Assembly (NCBI GenBank): GCA_035604475.1
Contig: DATNIJ010000048.1
Span: 1 to 50,327, forward strand
DNA: 50,327 nt
DNA from: Alphaproteobacteria bacterium
GTDB lineage: Bacteria; Pseudomonadota; Alphaproteobacteria; JACZXZ01
Reading direction: 5' to 3'
The translations under genes and the position numbers were made by a program. A model generated the notes under the pieces. It did not search any database, was not told where the DNA came from, and saw only the letters and a list, made by a program, of their open reading frames with translations. Position 1 is the first letter of the stretch; every line of letters starts with the position of its first letter. Shown piece after piece: positions 9,737 through 19,620 of the stretch.

Positions 9737-12151
9737 ATGAAGTCGCATGTTCGGGTCGCCGTGATCGGCGGCGGGGTGGTCGGGTGCAGCGTGCTCTATC
9801 ACCTGACCAAGGCGGGCTGGAAGGATGTCGTGCTGATCGAGCGCGACGAGCTCACCTCGGGCTCGACCTGGCACGCTGCGGGGGGCATGCATACTATCAA
9901 CCTCGATCCCAACGTCGCCAAGCTTCAGCAATACACCATCAATCTCTACAAGGAGATCGAGGAGATCTCCGGCCAGTCCTGCGGCGTGCACATCACCGGC
10001 GGACTCATGCTCGCGGGTACCCCCGAGCGGCTCGACTGGCTCAAGCAGGTGCACGCGCGCGGGCGCTACCTCGGCCTGGAGACGGAGTTCGTCTCGCTCG
10101 AGGAGGCCCAGCGCCTCTTCCCCCTCATGGAGAAGAAATATTTCGTGGGCGCGCTCTACGACCCGATCGAAGGCCACGTCGATCCCTCGGGCGTCACCCA
10201 CGCCTACGCGAAGGCGGCGCGCGTCAAGGGGGCCGAGATCTACCGCTTCACGCGCGTGGAGGCGCTCGAGCCGCAGAGCGACGGCGGTTGGCGCGTGATC
10301 ACCGACAAGGGGGCGCTCCACGCCGAGCACGTGGTGAATGCCGGCGGCCTCTGGGCGCGCGAGGTCGGCCGCATGGTCGGCCTCGAGCTTCCGGTCCTTG
10401 CGATGGAGCACCAGTATCTCATCAGCGAGGAGATCCCCGAGGTCAAGAGCTCCGCGCGCGAGATGCTCCACGTCATCGACTTCGAAGGCGAGATCTACAT
10501 GCGGCAGGAGGGGAGCGGCATGCTCATGGGCACCTACGAGCGCGCCGGCGTGCCCTGGTCCGAGCGCACCACGCCATGGGACTTCGCCCACGAGCTCTTG
10601 CCGCCCGATCTCGACCGCATAGCACCCAGCCTCGAGGTCGGCTTCAAGCACTATCCGCCGATCGAGCGGGCCGGCATCAAGAAGGTGATCAACGGCCCCT
10701 TCACCTTCGCTCCGGACGGCAACCCGGTGGTCGGGCCGGTGCGCGGCTTGCGCAATTACTGGGCGGCGTGCGGCGTGATGGCGGGCTTCAGCCAAGGGGG
10801 CGGGGTGGGGTTGACGCTCGCCAACTGGATGGTCGAGGGCGATCCCGGTGCAGATGTCTGGGCGATGGACGTAGCACGCTTCGGCGATTGGACGACGATG
10901 GCCTACACCAACGCCAAGGTGCGCGAGAACTACTCGCGGCGCTTCCGCATCCGCTTTCCCAACGAGGAACTGCCCGCGGCACGCCCCTTGCGCACCACGC
11001 CGGTCTATGACCGACTCAAGGAGCGCGGCGCTTTCTTCGGCGTCTCCTTCGGGCTCGAGCACGCGCTGTGGTTCGCCCCCGACGGCACTACGCCGAGCGA
11101 GGAGGTCACCTTTCGCCGCTCCAACGCCCATGGTGCTGTGGGCGAGGAATGCCGCGCGGTGCGCGAGGCGGTGGGACTCATGGAGATCTCGACCTACGCC
11201 AAGTACGAGGTGACGGGTGCCGGTGCCGAGGCCTGGCTCTCCCGTCTCCTCGTCAATCACATGCCGGAGGCGGGCCGCATCGTGCTCGCCCCCATGCTCA
11301 GCCCGAGCGGCAAGCTGATCGGCGACTTCACGGTCGCCAAGCTTTCGGCCGAGCGCTTCTACGTCTTCGGCTCGGGCATTGCCGAGGACTATCACATGCG
11401 CTGGTTCGAGGCGCACTTGCCGGAGAAGGGGGGCAGGGTCCGTCCATTGCGCGCCGAGCTCGTCGGCTTCTCGCTCGCAGGTCCCCGCGCGCGTGCGCTT
11501 CTCGAGCGCCTTAGCCATGCCGACGTCTCGAATGCGGCCTTCCCCTTCCTCGCTTTCCGCGAGGTCGAGCTCGGCATGATTCCGGCGAAGGTGGGACGCA
11601 TCACCTTCACGGGCGACCTCGGCTACGAGATCTGGGTGGCGGTCGACTATCAACAGGCACTTTACGACGACATCATCGCGGCGGGACGCGAGCTCGGCCT
11701 GCGCCACTTCGGCGCGCGGGCCTTGAACTCGCTCCGCCTGGAGAAGAGCTTCGGGACCTGGGCGCGGGAGTTCCGGCCGATTTACGGCCCCTTCGAGGCG
11801 GGGCTCGGGCGCTTCGTCGATCTCAGCAAGAACGATTTCATCGGCCGCGATGCAGCCCTCAGGGAGAAGGAGTCGGGGCCGCAGCGGCGGCTGGTCGGCT
11901 TCGCCGTGGAAGACAATGGTGCCGATGCGTTGGGCGACGAGCCGGTTTGGCATGACGGCAGGGTGGTGGGCTGGATCACCTCGGGCGGATTCGCCCATCA
12001 CCTCGGCAAGTCGTTGGCACTCGGCTACATCCCGGCGGCGCTCGCAGCGGCCGAGGACGGCTTCGAGATCGAGATTCTCGGCGAGCGCCGCCCCGCCAAG
12101 CCGGCGCGCGCCCCGCATTTCGACCCGCAGGGACGACGCATGCGGGGCTGA
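9737..12151 (+). CDS. FAD-dependent dimethylglycine/sarcosine dehydrogenase family oxidoreductase with C-terminal GcvT (aminomethyltransferase) domain
   Basis: 804 aa. The N-terminal dinucleotide fold reads VAVIGGGVVGCSVLYHL, with SGSTWHAAGG nearby. The C-terminal folate-binding GcvT-like region includes ITFTGDLGYEIWV and GWITSGGFAHHLGKSLALGYI. Confidence 0.9.
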   Translation: MKSHVRVAVIGGGVVGCSVLYHLTKAGWKDVVLIERDELTSGSTWHAAGGMHTINLDPNVAKLQQYTINLYKEIEEISGQSCGVHITGGLMLAGTPERLDWLKQVHARGRYLGLETEFVSLEEAQRLFPLMEKKYFVGALYDPIEGHVDPSGVTHAYAKAARVKGAEIYRFTRVEALEPQSDGGWRVITDKGALHAEHVVNAGGLWAREVGRMVGLELPVLAMEHQYLISEEIPEVKSSAREMLHVIDFEGEIYMRQEGSGMLMGTYERAGVPWSERTTPWDFAHELLPPDLDRIAPSLEVGFKHYPPIERAGIKKVINGPFTFAPDGNPVVGPVRGLRNYWAACGVMAGFSQGGGVGLTLANWMVEGDPGADVWAMDVARFGDWTTMAYTNAKVRENYSRRFRIRFPNEELPAARPLRTTPVYDRLKERGAFFGVSFGLEHALWFAPDGTTPSEEVTFRRSNAHGAVGEECRAVREAVGLMEISTYAKYEVTGAGAEAWLSRLLVNHMPEAGRIVLAPMLSPSGKLIGDFTVAKLSAERFYVFGSGIAEDYHMRWFEAHLPEKGGRVRPLRAELVGFSLAGPRARALLERLSHADVSNAAFPFLAFREVELGMIPAKVGRITFTGDLGYEIWVAVDYQQALYDDIIAAGRELGLRHFGARALNSLRLEKSFGTWAREFRPIYGPFEAGLGRFVDLSKNDFIGRDAALREKESGPQRRLVGFAVEDNGADALGDEPVWHDGRVVGWITSGGFAHHLGKSLALGYIPAALAAAEDGFEIEILGERRPAKPARAPHFDPQGRRMRG

Positions 12152-12159
12152 GCAGGCGG

Positions 12160-12366
12160 ATGGGCAAGGAGAAGGCACCAAGGAAAGCCGGCGGCGCGCG
12201 CGAGCCGCAGCTCACGCCGGCGCGCCTGGCGGCGCGGCGCACGCGCGCGGCCAAGCTCGCCGATGCGTTGCGCGAGAATCTGGGGCGGCGCAAGGCCGAT
12301 CTTGCGCAAAGGCAGGAGGGGGCTCTAGATCGGGCCGAAACAGGGAATCGGGCAAAGCGGCGCTGA
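12160..12366 (+). CDS. Possible small, highly basic hypothetical protein (68 aa)
   Basis: The ATG lies 9 nt after the dehydrogenase stop. GC-rich third codon positions are consistent with coding. The motif LADALRENLGRRKADLAQRQ resembles small conserved alphaproteobacterial basic proteins, but this is from memory only. Confidence 0.35.
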   Translation: MGKEKAPRKAGGAREPQLTPARLAARRTRAAKLADALRENLGRRKADLAQRQEGALDRAETGNRAKRR

Positions 12367-12389
12367 GCGGCGCTCTCCCCGTCAGCCTT

Positions 12390-12412
12390 CCTCTCCCGCA
12401 AGCGGGAGAGGG
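12390..12412. terminator. Solo copy of the CTCTCCCGC...GCGGGAGAG palindrome, candidate bidirectional terminator hairpin
   Basis: CCTCTCCCGCAAGCGGGAGAGGG has the same core as the ends of the 5328-5495 element. It sits between convergent genes (stops at 12151/12366 and 12422). No clear U-tract. Confidence 0.4.
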
Positions 12413-12421
12413 AAAGTCTCA

Positions 12422-13474
12422 TCAGAAGCTGATCTCGGCCCGGCGGTTGCGCGGCTCGCGCACGCCGATCGGCGTCGGCACGGCGGGCTCGCTCATGCCC
12501 TTCGCCGCGACCGCGATCTGGTCGGCCGCGAGACCGAGACGGATCATCTCGGCCTTCACGGCATTGGCGCGGCGCAGAGAAAGCCGCTCGTTGTATTTCT
12601 CGGGACCGGAACGGTCGGTGTGGCCGACCACCTGGATGCGCGTGAGCCCGTTCTGGCGCGAGTAGGCGGTCGCCTCCGACACGACCTTCTTGGCGCTTTC
12701 GTCGAGCATCGCGCTGTCGAAGGCGAAGAACACCACGAAGGAGCGCACCGCGGGTGCCGGGGCCGGCGGCGCCGGGGCCGGTGCCGGGGCAGGCGCCGCG
12801 GCGGGGGCGGGCTTGGGCTGCTCCGGAGCCTCGCCGAAGCTCCAGCGGACGCCGAGGGTCACCGTGTGCGACTGGTCGGCGCCCTGCAGCTTGACGCCGA
12901 GCCCGTTCTCGACATTCGAGCCATCGGGCGCGAAATAGCGGTAGGCGGCGACCAGCGCCAAATTATCGGTGAGATTGTAGGAGACGCCTACGATGCCTTG
13001 CATGGCGAAGACGGTATCGTTGTCCCTGACCGTCGAGCCGCCCACCGGGCTGATCGTGTTGAAGCCTGTGTAAGTAAAGCCGATACCCGCGCCGATGAAG
13101 GGGACGACGGGCAAGCCTAACGGGATGTCGTAGACGAGGTTGGACATCGCGCTTACGGCGCTCAAGCTGCCCGTGGCGGATGCGCCGTTGATCTTCGAGA
13201 TGGTGGCGCGACGGAATCCGGGCTCCTCCTCGATCCGGAAGTCATCCCAGAAGCGATAGCCAAACGCGCCCAGGATAGCCAGGCCGGTGTCCGGATAGGT
13301 ATGGGCGGTGACGCCGTTGCCCGAAAGCTGCTGGGTCGTCTGGAAGGTCGCCCCCGCCTCGCCGCTGACGTAGAACCCGTTGGGTGGATGTTGGGCCGAT
13401 GCCGGGGCAGACAATGCAGCGAGCGCCAGCACGCCGGTTGCGATTGCGCAGAGACGCGCCGATGCGGTTCTCAT
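12422..13474 (-). CDS. OmpA-family outer-membrane protein (N-terminal beta-barrel, Ala/Pro linker, C-terminal OmpA domain)
   Basis: 350 aa. Signal peptide MRTASARLCAIATGVLALAALSAPASA. The barrel segment has alternating aromatic residues. The linker reads PAPAAAPAPAPAPAPPAPAPA. The OmpA_C motifs are FFAFDSAMLD, GHTDRSGPEKYNERLSLRRANAV and NRRAEISF. Confidence 0.9.
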   Translation of the reverse strand: MRTASARLCAIATGVLALAALSAPASAQHPPNGFYVSGEAGATFQTTQQLSGNGVTAHTYPDTGLAILGAFGYRFWDDFRIEEEPGFRRATISKINGASATGSLSAVSAMSNLVYDIPLGLPVVPFIGAGIGFTYTGFNTISPVGGSTVRDNDTVFAMQGIVGVSYNLTDNLALVAAYRYFAPDGSNVENGLGVKLQGADQSHTVTLGVRWSFGEAPEQPKPAPAAAPAPAPAPAPPAPAPAVRSFVVFFAFDSAMLDESAKKVVSEATAYSRQNGLTRIQVVGHTDRSGPEKYNERLSLRRANAVKAEMIRLGLAADQIAVAAKGMSEPAVPTPIGVREPRNRRAEISF

Positions 13475-13839
13475 TCAGCCTGCCCTATTTATTTGCCGGG
13501 TGCTCAGTCTTGTGAGTCGCAGGTCGTCGAACCCAAGATACAATGATCCTTGGGATTTTAAAAGGCCGAATCGGGGAAAAACAGGGCACTTTCCGCCGCC
13601 GCGGCAGCGCGGGGAGGTGCTATCCCTTGCCCGGCGCCGCCGGGCGGCATGGCGGTATCGGGTGGGCATCTCGTCCGTGCCGGAACACTAGCCTTTCCGG
13701 CCGTCGGACCGCTATAAAGGGCCCTCAGCGGCCGGAGGCGAAGGGTCGTGCCCGTTGCCGCGTTCGGCAGCCGCCGCTACGCTACCTGCCACGCGCCGGA
13801 AATGTCGGGGTGCTGCCTCTCCCTCCTCGAGGATTTACC

Positions 13840-15126
13840 ATGGACAAGATCCGCATTCGCGGCGGCAGCAAGCTCAAGGGGACCATCCGGGTGGGCGGTG
13901 CCAAGAATGCGGCGCTGCCGCTCCTTGCCGCGAGCCTGTTGAGCGACGAGAGCCTGACGCTCACGAACCTGCCTCACCTCGTCGATATCACGACGCTTGC
14001 CAGCCTTCTCGGCGAGCTCGGCGTCGAGATCGAGATGAACGGCTACGCGCCGAATGGCGGCCACGCCGGCCGCGCGCTCTCGCTCACGGCCAGGCGCATC
14101 GCGAATACAACCGCCCCTTATGATCTCGTACGCAAGATGCGGGCTTCGATCCTGGTGCTCGGACCGCTCGTGGCGCGCATGGGCGAGGCCAAGGTGTCGC
14201 TGCCGGGTGGCTGCGCCATCGGCACGCGCCCCGTCGACCTGCATTTGAAAGGCTTGGCCCAGCTCGGGGCGGAGATCGACCTCTCCGGCGGATATATCAA
14301 CGCCACGGCCCCGGCCGGCCTCAAGGGCGCTCGCATCACCTTCCCCATGGTCTCGGTGGGTGCCACCGAGAACGTGCTGATGGCGGCGGCACTCGCAAGG
14401 GGCGAGACGCTGATCGAGAACGCGGCGCGCGAGCCCGAGGTCGGGGATCTGGCGCGCTGCCTCGTCGCCATGGGAGCGGAGATCGAGGGGATCGGCAGCG
14501 AGACGCTCCGCGTCCAGGGCAAGGCTCGGCTGCATGGCGCGCACCACGAGATCATCCCCGATCGCATCGAGGCCGGCACTTATGCCATCGCTGCCGCGAT
14601 CACCGATGGCGAGGTGGAGCTCTTGGGCGCGCGGCTCGACATGATCGGGGCGGTGGCCGAGACGCTCGCGGCTGCGGGGGTGAGCCTGCTCGAGACGAAC
14701 CAGGGCATCAAGGTCGGCCGGGCGAACGGCGCCATCAAAGGGGTCGACATGATGACCGAGCCCTTCCCGGGCTTTCCCACCGATCTGCAGGCGCAATTCA
14801 TGGCGCTCATGGCGATCGCCGAGGGCGCATCCATGATTACCGAGACCATTTTCGAGAACCGTTTCATGCACGCCCCCGAGCTCATGCGCATGGGGGCGAA
14901 CATCAACCTCCACGGCACCTCCGCCATCGTGCGCGGGGTGGCGCGGCTCTCGGGCGCTCCGGTGATGGCGACCGATCTCAGGGCCTCGGTTTGCCTGGTG
15001 CTGGCCGGGCTCGCGGCCGAAGGCGAGACGATCCTCAACCGCGTCTATCACCTCGACCGCGGCTACGAGCGGCTCGAGGAGAAGCTGACGGTCTGCGGCG
15101 CCGAAATAGAGCGCCTCAAGGACTAA
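13840..15126 (+). CDS. murA: UDP-N-acetylglucosamine 1-carboxyvinyltransferase
   Basis: The start is taken at [29 protein letters not shown] (428 aa) inside a longer ORF. The active-site context is [17 protein letters not shown]-terminus [15 protein letters not shown]. Confidence 0.93.
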   Translation: MDKIRIRGGSKLKGTIRVGGAKNAALPLLAASLLSDESLTLTNLPHLVDITTLASLLGELGVEIEMNGYAPNGGHAGRALSLTARRIANTTAPYDLVRKMRASILVLGPLVARMGEAKVSLPGGCAIGTRPVDLHLKGLAQLGAEIDLSGGYINATAPAGLKGARITFPMVSVGATENVLMAAALARGETLIENAAREPEVGDLARCLVAMGAEIEGIGSETLRVQGKARLHGAHHEIIPDRIEAGTYAIAAAITDGEVELLGARLDMIGAVAETLAAAGVSLLETNQGIKVGRANGAIKGVDMMTEPFPGFPTDLQAQFMALMAIAEGASMITETIFENRFMHAPELMRMGANINLHGTSAIVRGVARLSGAPVMATDLRASVCLVLAGLAAEGETILNRVYHLDRGYERLEEKLTVCGAEIERLKD

Positions 15127-15151
15127 GCGCGAGAGGCGAGCGAGGAGGGAG

Positions 15152-15634
15152 ATGGCGGGGACGCTGCAGCTGCGGGCGGAAGACGAGGAGGACCTCGCGG
15201 TCATATCGAGCTGCTTGCAGGACGCGCTCGTGCCGCTTTCCGACATGCAATACGACCGCGCGGCGCGGCGCTTCGTCCTCGCGGTCAATCGCTTCCGCTG
15301 GGAGGGCGGCACGCCGAGCCCGCCGGGTGCCCAGAGCTCGGACGCCGTATTCGAGCGCATCACCTGCGCCGTCACCTTCGAGGGCGTCAACAAGGTGAGC
15401 CTCACGGGAATCGACCAGGGCAAGCGCGACCATCTGCTCGAGCTCCTCGCCATCGTCACCGGAGAAGCCGCCGCGGCGCGGGGCGGTACTGGCGCGGGCG
15501 GGACGGCCATCCTTCTCGTCTTCGCGGGCGGCGGCACCATCCGCTTCGATGCGGATGCCATCCGCTGCCGGCTCGAGGATTTCGGGGAAGCCTGGCCGAC
15601 CCGATGGCGGCCCCAGCACCGGCTCAGGCCCTGA
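15152..15634 (+). CDS. DUF2948 family protein
   Basis: 160 aa. [47 protein letters not shown] matches the conserved alphaproteobacterial protein normally found next to murA/hisG. Confidence 0.75.
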   Translation: MAGTLQLRAEDEEDLAVISSCLQDALVPLSDMQYDRAARRFVLAVNRFRWEGGTPSPPGAQSSDAVFERITCAVTFEGVNKVSLTGIDQGKRDHLLELLAIVTGEAAAARGGTGAGGTAILLVFAGGGTIRFDADAIRCRLEDFGEAWPTRWRPQHRLRP

Positions 15635-15731
15635 GGGGCCGCAGGCAGCCGCGCCTTTTGACCTGGGGCGGCGATATCTGTATGGAATGGCTGCGAAATC
15701 GGGGCTCCGCCAGGGGCCGAGCCCGGTTGTG

Positions 15732-16430
15732 ATGACGACAATGGAGAGCGGCGGCGTGGCCGGCGACGAAAATCTCGTGCTCGCGCTTCCCAAGGGGCGC
15801 ATCTCTTACGAGCTCGGCCCGCTCTTCGCGCGCGCGCGCATCGTGCCGGAGCCCGCATTCGGCGATCCCGACTCGCGCCAGCTGCGTTTCCGCACCAACG
15901 AGCCGCGGCTCGCCATCATCCGGGTACGCAGCTTCGATGTCGCGACCTTCGTCGCCTTCAACGCCGCCCAGTTGGGCGTCTGCGGCAAGGACGTGCTGAT
16001 GGAATTCGATTATCCGGAGATCTACGCCCCGCTCGATCTCGGCATCGGCAAATGCCATCTTGCCGTGGCCGAGTCGGCCGAGCTCAAGAGGCGCGACGAT
16101 CCGCGGCGCTGGAGCCATGTGCGCGTCGCGACCAAATATCCCGAGATCACCAAGCGCCATTTCGCGGCGCGCGGCGTCCAGGCCGAGTGCATCGCGCTCT
16201 CGGGGGCGATGGAGCTCGCACCCGGCCTCGGGCTGTGCCGGCGCATCGTCGATCTCGTCTCCACCGGCAAGACGCTCGAGGCGAACGGCCTCGTCGAGGT
16301 CGAGCGGATTGCCGACATCACCTCGCGTCTCATCGTCAATCGCGCGGCGCTCAAGACTCGCCCCGAGGAGATCGGTGCCTGGATCGAGCGCTTCCGTCGC
16401 GCGGCCGAGGAGCTCTCACGTGCCGCTTAG
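15732..16430 (+). CDS. hisG: ATP phosphoribosyltransferase, short form
   Basis: An internal ATG (15732, alternative 15741) gives about 232 aa. Motifs: [59 protein letters not shown]. Confidence 0.9.
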   Translation: MTTMESGGVAGDENLVLALPKGRISYELGPLFARARIVPEPAFGDPDSRQLRFRTNEPRLAIIRVRSFDVATFVAFNAAQLGVCGKDVLMEFDYPEIYAPLDLGIGKCHLAVAESAELKRRDDPRRWSHVRVATKYPEITKRHFAARGVQAECIALSGAMELAPGLGLCRRIVDLVSTGKTLEANGLVEVERIADITSRLIVNRAALKTRPEEIGAWIERFRRAAEELSRAA

Positions 16431-17727
16431 GCTCGCAACGGAGAAGCCGGGATTCGAGCGGGCGTTCGCCAAGCTTCTCGCCAAGAAGCGCGAGCGCGGG
16501 GCCGACGTGAACGACGCGGTGGCGACCATACTCGCGGAGGTGAGGAAACGCGGCGACTGGGCCGTGATCGAGTACACCGAGCGCTTCGACCGCGTCCGCC
16601 TCACCCGCAGGCACTTGCGCGTGAGCGAGGAGGAGGTGGCGGACGCCTTACGCCGCTGCGACAAGCGCGCACTCGCAGCACTCAGCTTCGCGGCGCGGCG
16701 CATCGAGGCTTATCACCGGCGGCAGAGGCCCCGGGACCTCGACTACCGCGACCGCAGCGGCGTGCGGCTCGGTGCCTACTGGCGCGCGCTGGGCTCGGTC
16801 GGCCTCTACGTGCCGGGCGGCCGGGCCGCCTATCCGAGCTCCGTCCTCATGAATGCGATCCCGGCCAAGGTGGCAGGCGTGGGACGCATCGCGATCGCGG
16901 TGCCCGCACCCTACGGCGTCCTCAATCCCCTTGTGCTCGCGGCCGCCAGGCTTATGGGGATCGCCGAAATCTACCGTATCGGCGGCGCCCAGGCGATCGC
17001 GGCGCTGGCCTACGGCACGCGGACGATTGCCCCCGTCGACAAGATCGTCGGCCCCGGCAATGCCTACGTGGCCGCGGCCAAGCGCCAGGTCTTCGGCGCC
17101 GTCGGCATCGACATGATCGCCGGCCCCTCGGAGATCCTCGTCATAGCGGATCGCGACAACGATCCCTCCTGGATCGCGGCGGACCTCCTCTCGCAGGCCG
17201 AGCATGACGAGGCGGCGCAGGCCATCCTGATAACCGACGATCGCGGCTTCGCGGAGCGCGTGGCGGCGGCGGTCGAGAGCCATCTCACGACGCTGCCGCG
17301 GGCGCGCATTGCGCGCGCGAGCTGGCGGAGGAACGGCGCCGTCATCGTCGTGCGCTCGCTCGATGAGGCGGCAGCACTCGCCGAGCGCATAGCGCCCGAG
17401 CACATGGAGCTGGCGCTCGCCGAGCCCGAACCCCTCATCGCCAAGATCGCGAATGTAGGCGCCATCTTCTTGGGGGCGCACACGCCCGAGGCGGTCGGCG
17501 ATTATGTGGGCGGTCCCAATCACGTGCTGCCGACGGCGAGGAGCGCGCGCTTTTCCTCGGGCCTCGGCGTGCTCGACTTCATGAAGCGCACCTCGCTGCT
17601 CGGCTGCGACGCCAAATCGTTGCGCGCACTCGCTCCCGCGGCCATCGCGTTGGCCGAGGCCGAGGGACTCGAGGCCCACGCGCTCTCGCTCCGGCTGCGG
17701 CTCTCGGCACGAGAGCGCGGCTCCTGA
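16420..17727 (+). CDS. hisD: Histidinol dehydrogenase
   Basis: A GTG at 16420 (11-nt overlap with hisG) gives 435 aa. Motifs: [55 protein letters not shown]. Confidence 0.93.
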   Translation: MPLRLATEKPGFERAFAKLLAKKRERGADVNDAVATILAEVRKRGDWAVIEYTERFDRVRLTRRHLRVSEEEVADALRRCDKRALAALSFAARRIEAYHRRQRPRDLDYRDRSGVRLGAYWRALGSVGLYVPGGRAAYPSSVLMNAIPAKVAGVGRIAIAVPAPYGVLNPLVLAAARLMGIAEIYRIGGAQAIAALAYGTRTIAPVDKIVGPGNAYVAAAKRQVFGAVGIDMIAGPSEILVIADRDNDPSWIAADLLSQAEHDEAAQAILITDDRGFAERVAAAVESHLTTLPRARIARASWRRNGAVIVVRSLDEAAALAERIAPEHMELALAEPEPLIAKIANVGAIFLGAHTPEAVGDYVGGPNHVLPTARSARFSSGLGVLDFMKRTSLLGCDAKSLRALAPAAIALAEAEGLEAHALSLRLRLSARERGS

Positions 17728-17735
17728 GGCGCTCC

Positions 17736-18230
17736 ATGGCGGAGCAGAGCGGCAAGGACAAGGGTCGCTGCCGGATCAGCCAGATCCATCTCGACGAGCA
17801 CAGCATCGTGCGGTGGAGCCCCGACGTCGAGCACGAGCGCGCGGTCGCCGTGTTCGACCTCCTGGAGGAGAACTACTTCGCGCCCGTCGGCGATTTCGCC
17901 GGCCCCTTCGTGCTGCGCCTCTCGATCTCGGAGAGCCGCCTGGTGATGGCGATCCATGACGAAGGGGACGCGCCGCTCATCACGGTCAATCTGCCCACTT
18001 CGCCCTTCCGCAAGATCATCAAGGACTACTTCACCGTCTGCGAGAGCTATTACGCCGCGATCCGCAGGGCGAGCCCGTCCAAGATCGAGGCGATCGACAT
18101 GGGCCGCCGCGGTCTCCACAACGAGGGCTCGGAGCTCTTGAAGGAGCGGCTTTCCGACAAGATCGACGTCGACCTCAATACCGCGCGGCGCCTCTTCACG
18201 CTCCTCTGCGTCCTGCACATCCGGGGATAG
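17736..18230 (+). CDS. UPF0262 family protein
   Basis: 164 aa. [32 protein letters not shown] and [16 protein letters not shown] are characteristic of the family conserved downstream of hisD in alphaproteobacteria. Confidence 0.8.
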   Translation: MAEQSGKDKGRCRISQIHLDEHSIVRWSPDVEHERAVAVFDLLEENYFAPVGDFAGPFVLRLSISESRLVMAIHDEGDAPLITVNLPTSPFRKIIKDYFTVCESYYAAIRRASPSKIEAIDMGRRGLHNEGSELLKERLSDKIDVDLNTARRLFTLLCVLHIRG

Positions 18231-18233
18231 GAC

Positions 18234-18677
18234 GTGGGCGGGCTTCCCTCGAGCGTGCTCTTCGCCTGCACCCGCAACTCGATCCGCTCGCCGATGGCGG
18301 AAGCGCTCCTCAAGCACCTCTGGCGCCAGCGCATCTTCGTCCAGTCGGTGGGTGTCAGGGCCGGCGAGCTCGATCCCTTCGCCGTCGCCGTCATGGCCGA
18401 GATCGGCATCTCGATCGAGGCGCACCGGCCGCAGAGCTTCGAGGACCTCCACGACAGCTCGTTCGACCTCATCATCAGCCTCTCGCCCGAGGCCCAGCAC
18501 TCGGCGGTCGAGCTCACGCGCACCATGGCCTGCGAGGTCGAGTACTGGCCGACGCTCGAGCCGAGCATCGTCGAAGGCAACCGCCAGACGCGGCTCGAGG
18601 CCTACCGCGCCGTGCGCGACCAGCTCATGATGCGCATCGAGGCGCGCTTTCCGCCGCCCTTGCGGCCGGAGGTCTAG
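18234..18677 (+). CDS. Low-molecular-weight phosphotyrosine phosphatase / arsenate reductase family protein
   Basis: 147 aa with the CX5R(S) P-loop VLFACTRNSIRSPMAE. GTG start. Confidence 0.8.
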   Translation: MGGLPSSVLFACTRNSIRSPMAEALLKHLWRQRIFVQSVGVRAGELDPFAVAVMAEIGISIEAHRPQSFEDLHDSSFDLIISLSPEAQHSAVELTRTMACEVEYWPTLEPSIVEGNRQTRLEAYRAVRDQLMMRIEARFPPPLRPEV

Positions 18678-18788
18678 CGCCGTGTCGGCGGCTTCCCGCG
18701 CTAAGCCGCGCATCCGCGCAAATCCGCTTGACCCCGAATGGGCTTGGTCTCATGTTCCCCTTCGCCAAAGCCGACACTGGTGAGGGGA

Positions 18789-19007
18789 ATGGCGAAGGAA
18801 GACTTGATCGAGGTTTCCGGGACGGTCACTGAGCTGCTGCCGAATGCGATGTTCCGCGTGAAGCTCGACAACGAACACGAAATACTTGCCCACACCTCGG
18901 GCAAGATGCGCAAGAATCGCATCCGCGTGCTGGCCGGAGACCGCGTGAACGTCGAGATGACGCCTTACGACCTCAGCAAGGGGCGCATTACCTTCCGCTT
19001 CAAGTAA
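18789..19007 (+). CDS. infA: Translation initiation factor IF-1
   Basis: [72 protein letters not shown] (72 aa) is near-invariant IF-1 sequence. Confidence 0.97.
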   Translation: MAKEDLIEVSGTVTELLPNAMFRVKLDNEHEILAHTSGKMRKNRIRVLAGDRVNVEMTPYDLSKGRITFRFK

Positions 19008-19050
19008 CCGGCGCGCGCGGGCGCGCCATTCGGGTGGAGACGATCGGGCG

Positions 19051-19620
19051 GTGCCGCGCTTGATCCTGGCCTCGGCGTCGCCGCGACGCCTGGAGCTCAT
19101 GCGCCAGATCGGCATCACGCCCGATCGGGTCGAGCCCTCCTTCGCGGACGAGAGCGTGCGCGCGCGCGAGTTGCCCCGAGCCCATGCCGCCCGCCTGGCG
19201 GACGCCAAAGCGCGCGCGGTCGCGCGCAGCTTCCCCGACGACTTCGTGCTCGCGGCCGATACGGTGGTGGCCTGCGGGCGGCGCATCCTGCCGAAGGCGC
19301 TCGACGAGGCGACGGCGCGCGTCTGCCTCGAGCGCCTCTCCGGCCGGCGGCACCGGGTGATCGGCGCGGTCGCGCTGATCGCACCCGGCGGGCGCGCCGG
19401 CACGCGGCTCGTCACCACCATCGTCGCCTTCAAGCGCCTCGAGCCGCAGGAGATCGCGGCCTATCTCGCCTCGGGCGAGTGGCACGACAAGGCCGGTGGC
19501 TACGCGATCCAGGGCCGCGCCGCCGCTTTCGTGCGGCATCTGAGCGGTTCATACTCGAACGTCGTCGGCCTGCCGCTTTACGAAACGGCGGCTCTCTTGC
19601 AGGGCTTCGGCTACCGGTGA
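19051..19620 (+). CDS. maf: Maf family nucleoside-triphosphate pyrophosphatase
   Basis: 189 aa. Motifs: LILASASPRRLELM, KAGGYAIQG, GSYSNVVGLPL. Confidence 0.9.
   Translation: MPRLILASASPRRLELMRQIGITPDRVEPSFADESVRARELPRAHAARLADAKARAVARSFPDDFVLAADTVVACGRRILPKALDEATARVCLERLSGRRHRVIGAVALIAPGGRAGTRLVTTIVAFKRLEPQEIAAYLASGEWHDKAGGYAIQGRAAAFVRHLSGSYSNVVGLPLYETAALLQGFGYR

Noticed and set aside
12760-12830. GC-rich short-period repeats (GCCGGGGCCGG...) that could be mistaken for a repeat array or CRISPR.
   Set aside because: They fall inside the OmpA gene and encode its (A/P)n hinge. They show no spacer-repeat organisation. No CRISPR-like array occurs anywhere in the window.
19008-19030. GC hairpin GGCGCGC-GCGG-GCGCGCC just after infA as a terminator.
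   Set aside because: It has no U-tract. The next gene (maf) starts 20 nt later on the same strand, so read-through is as likely. Not reported as a feature.
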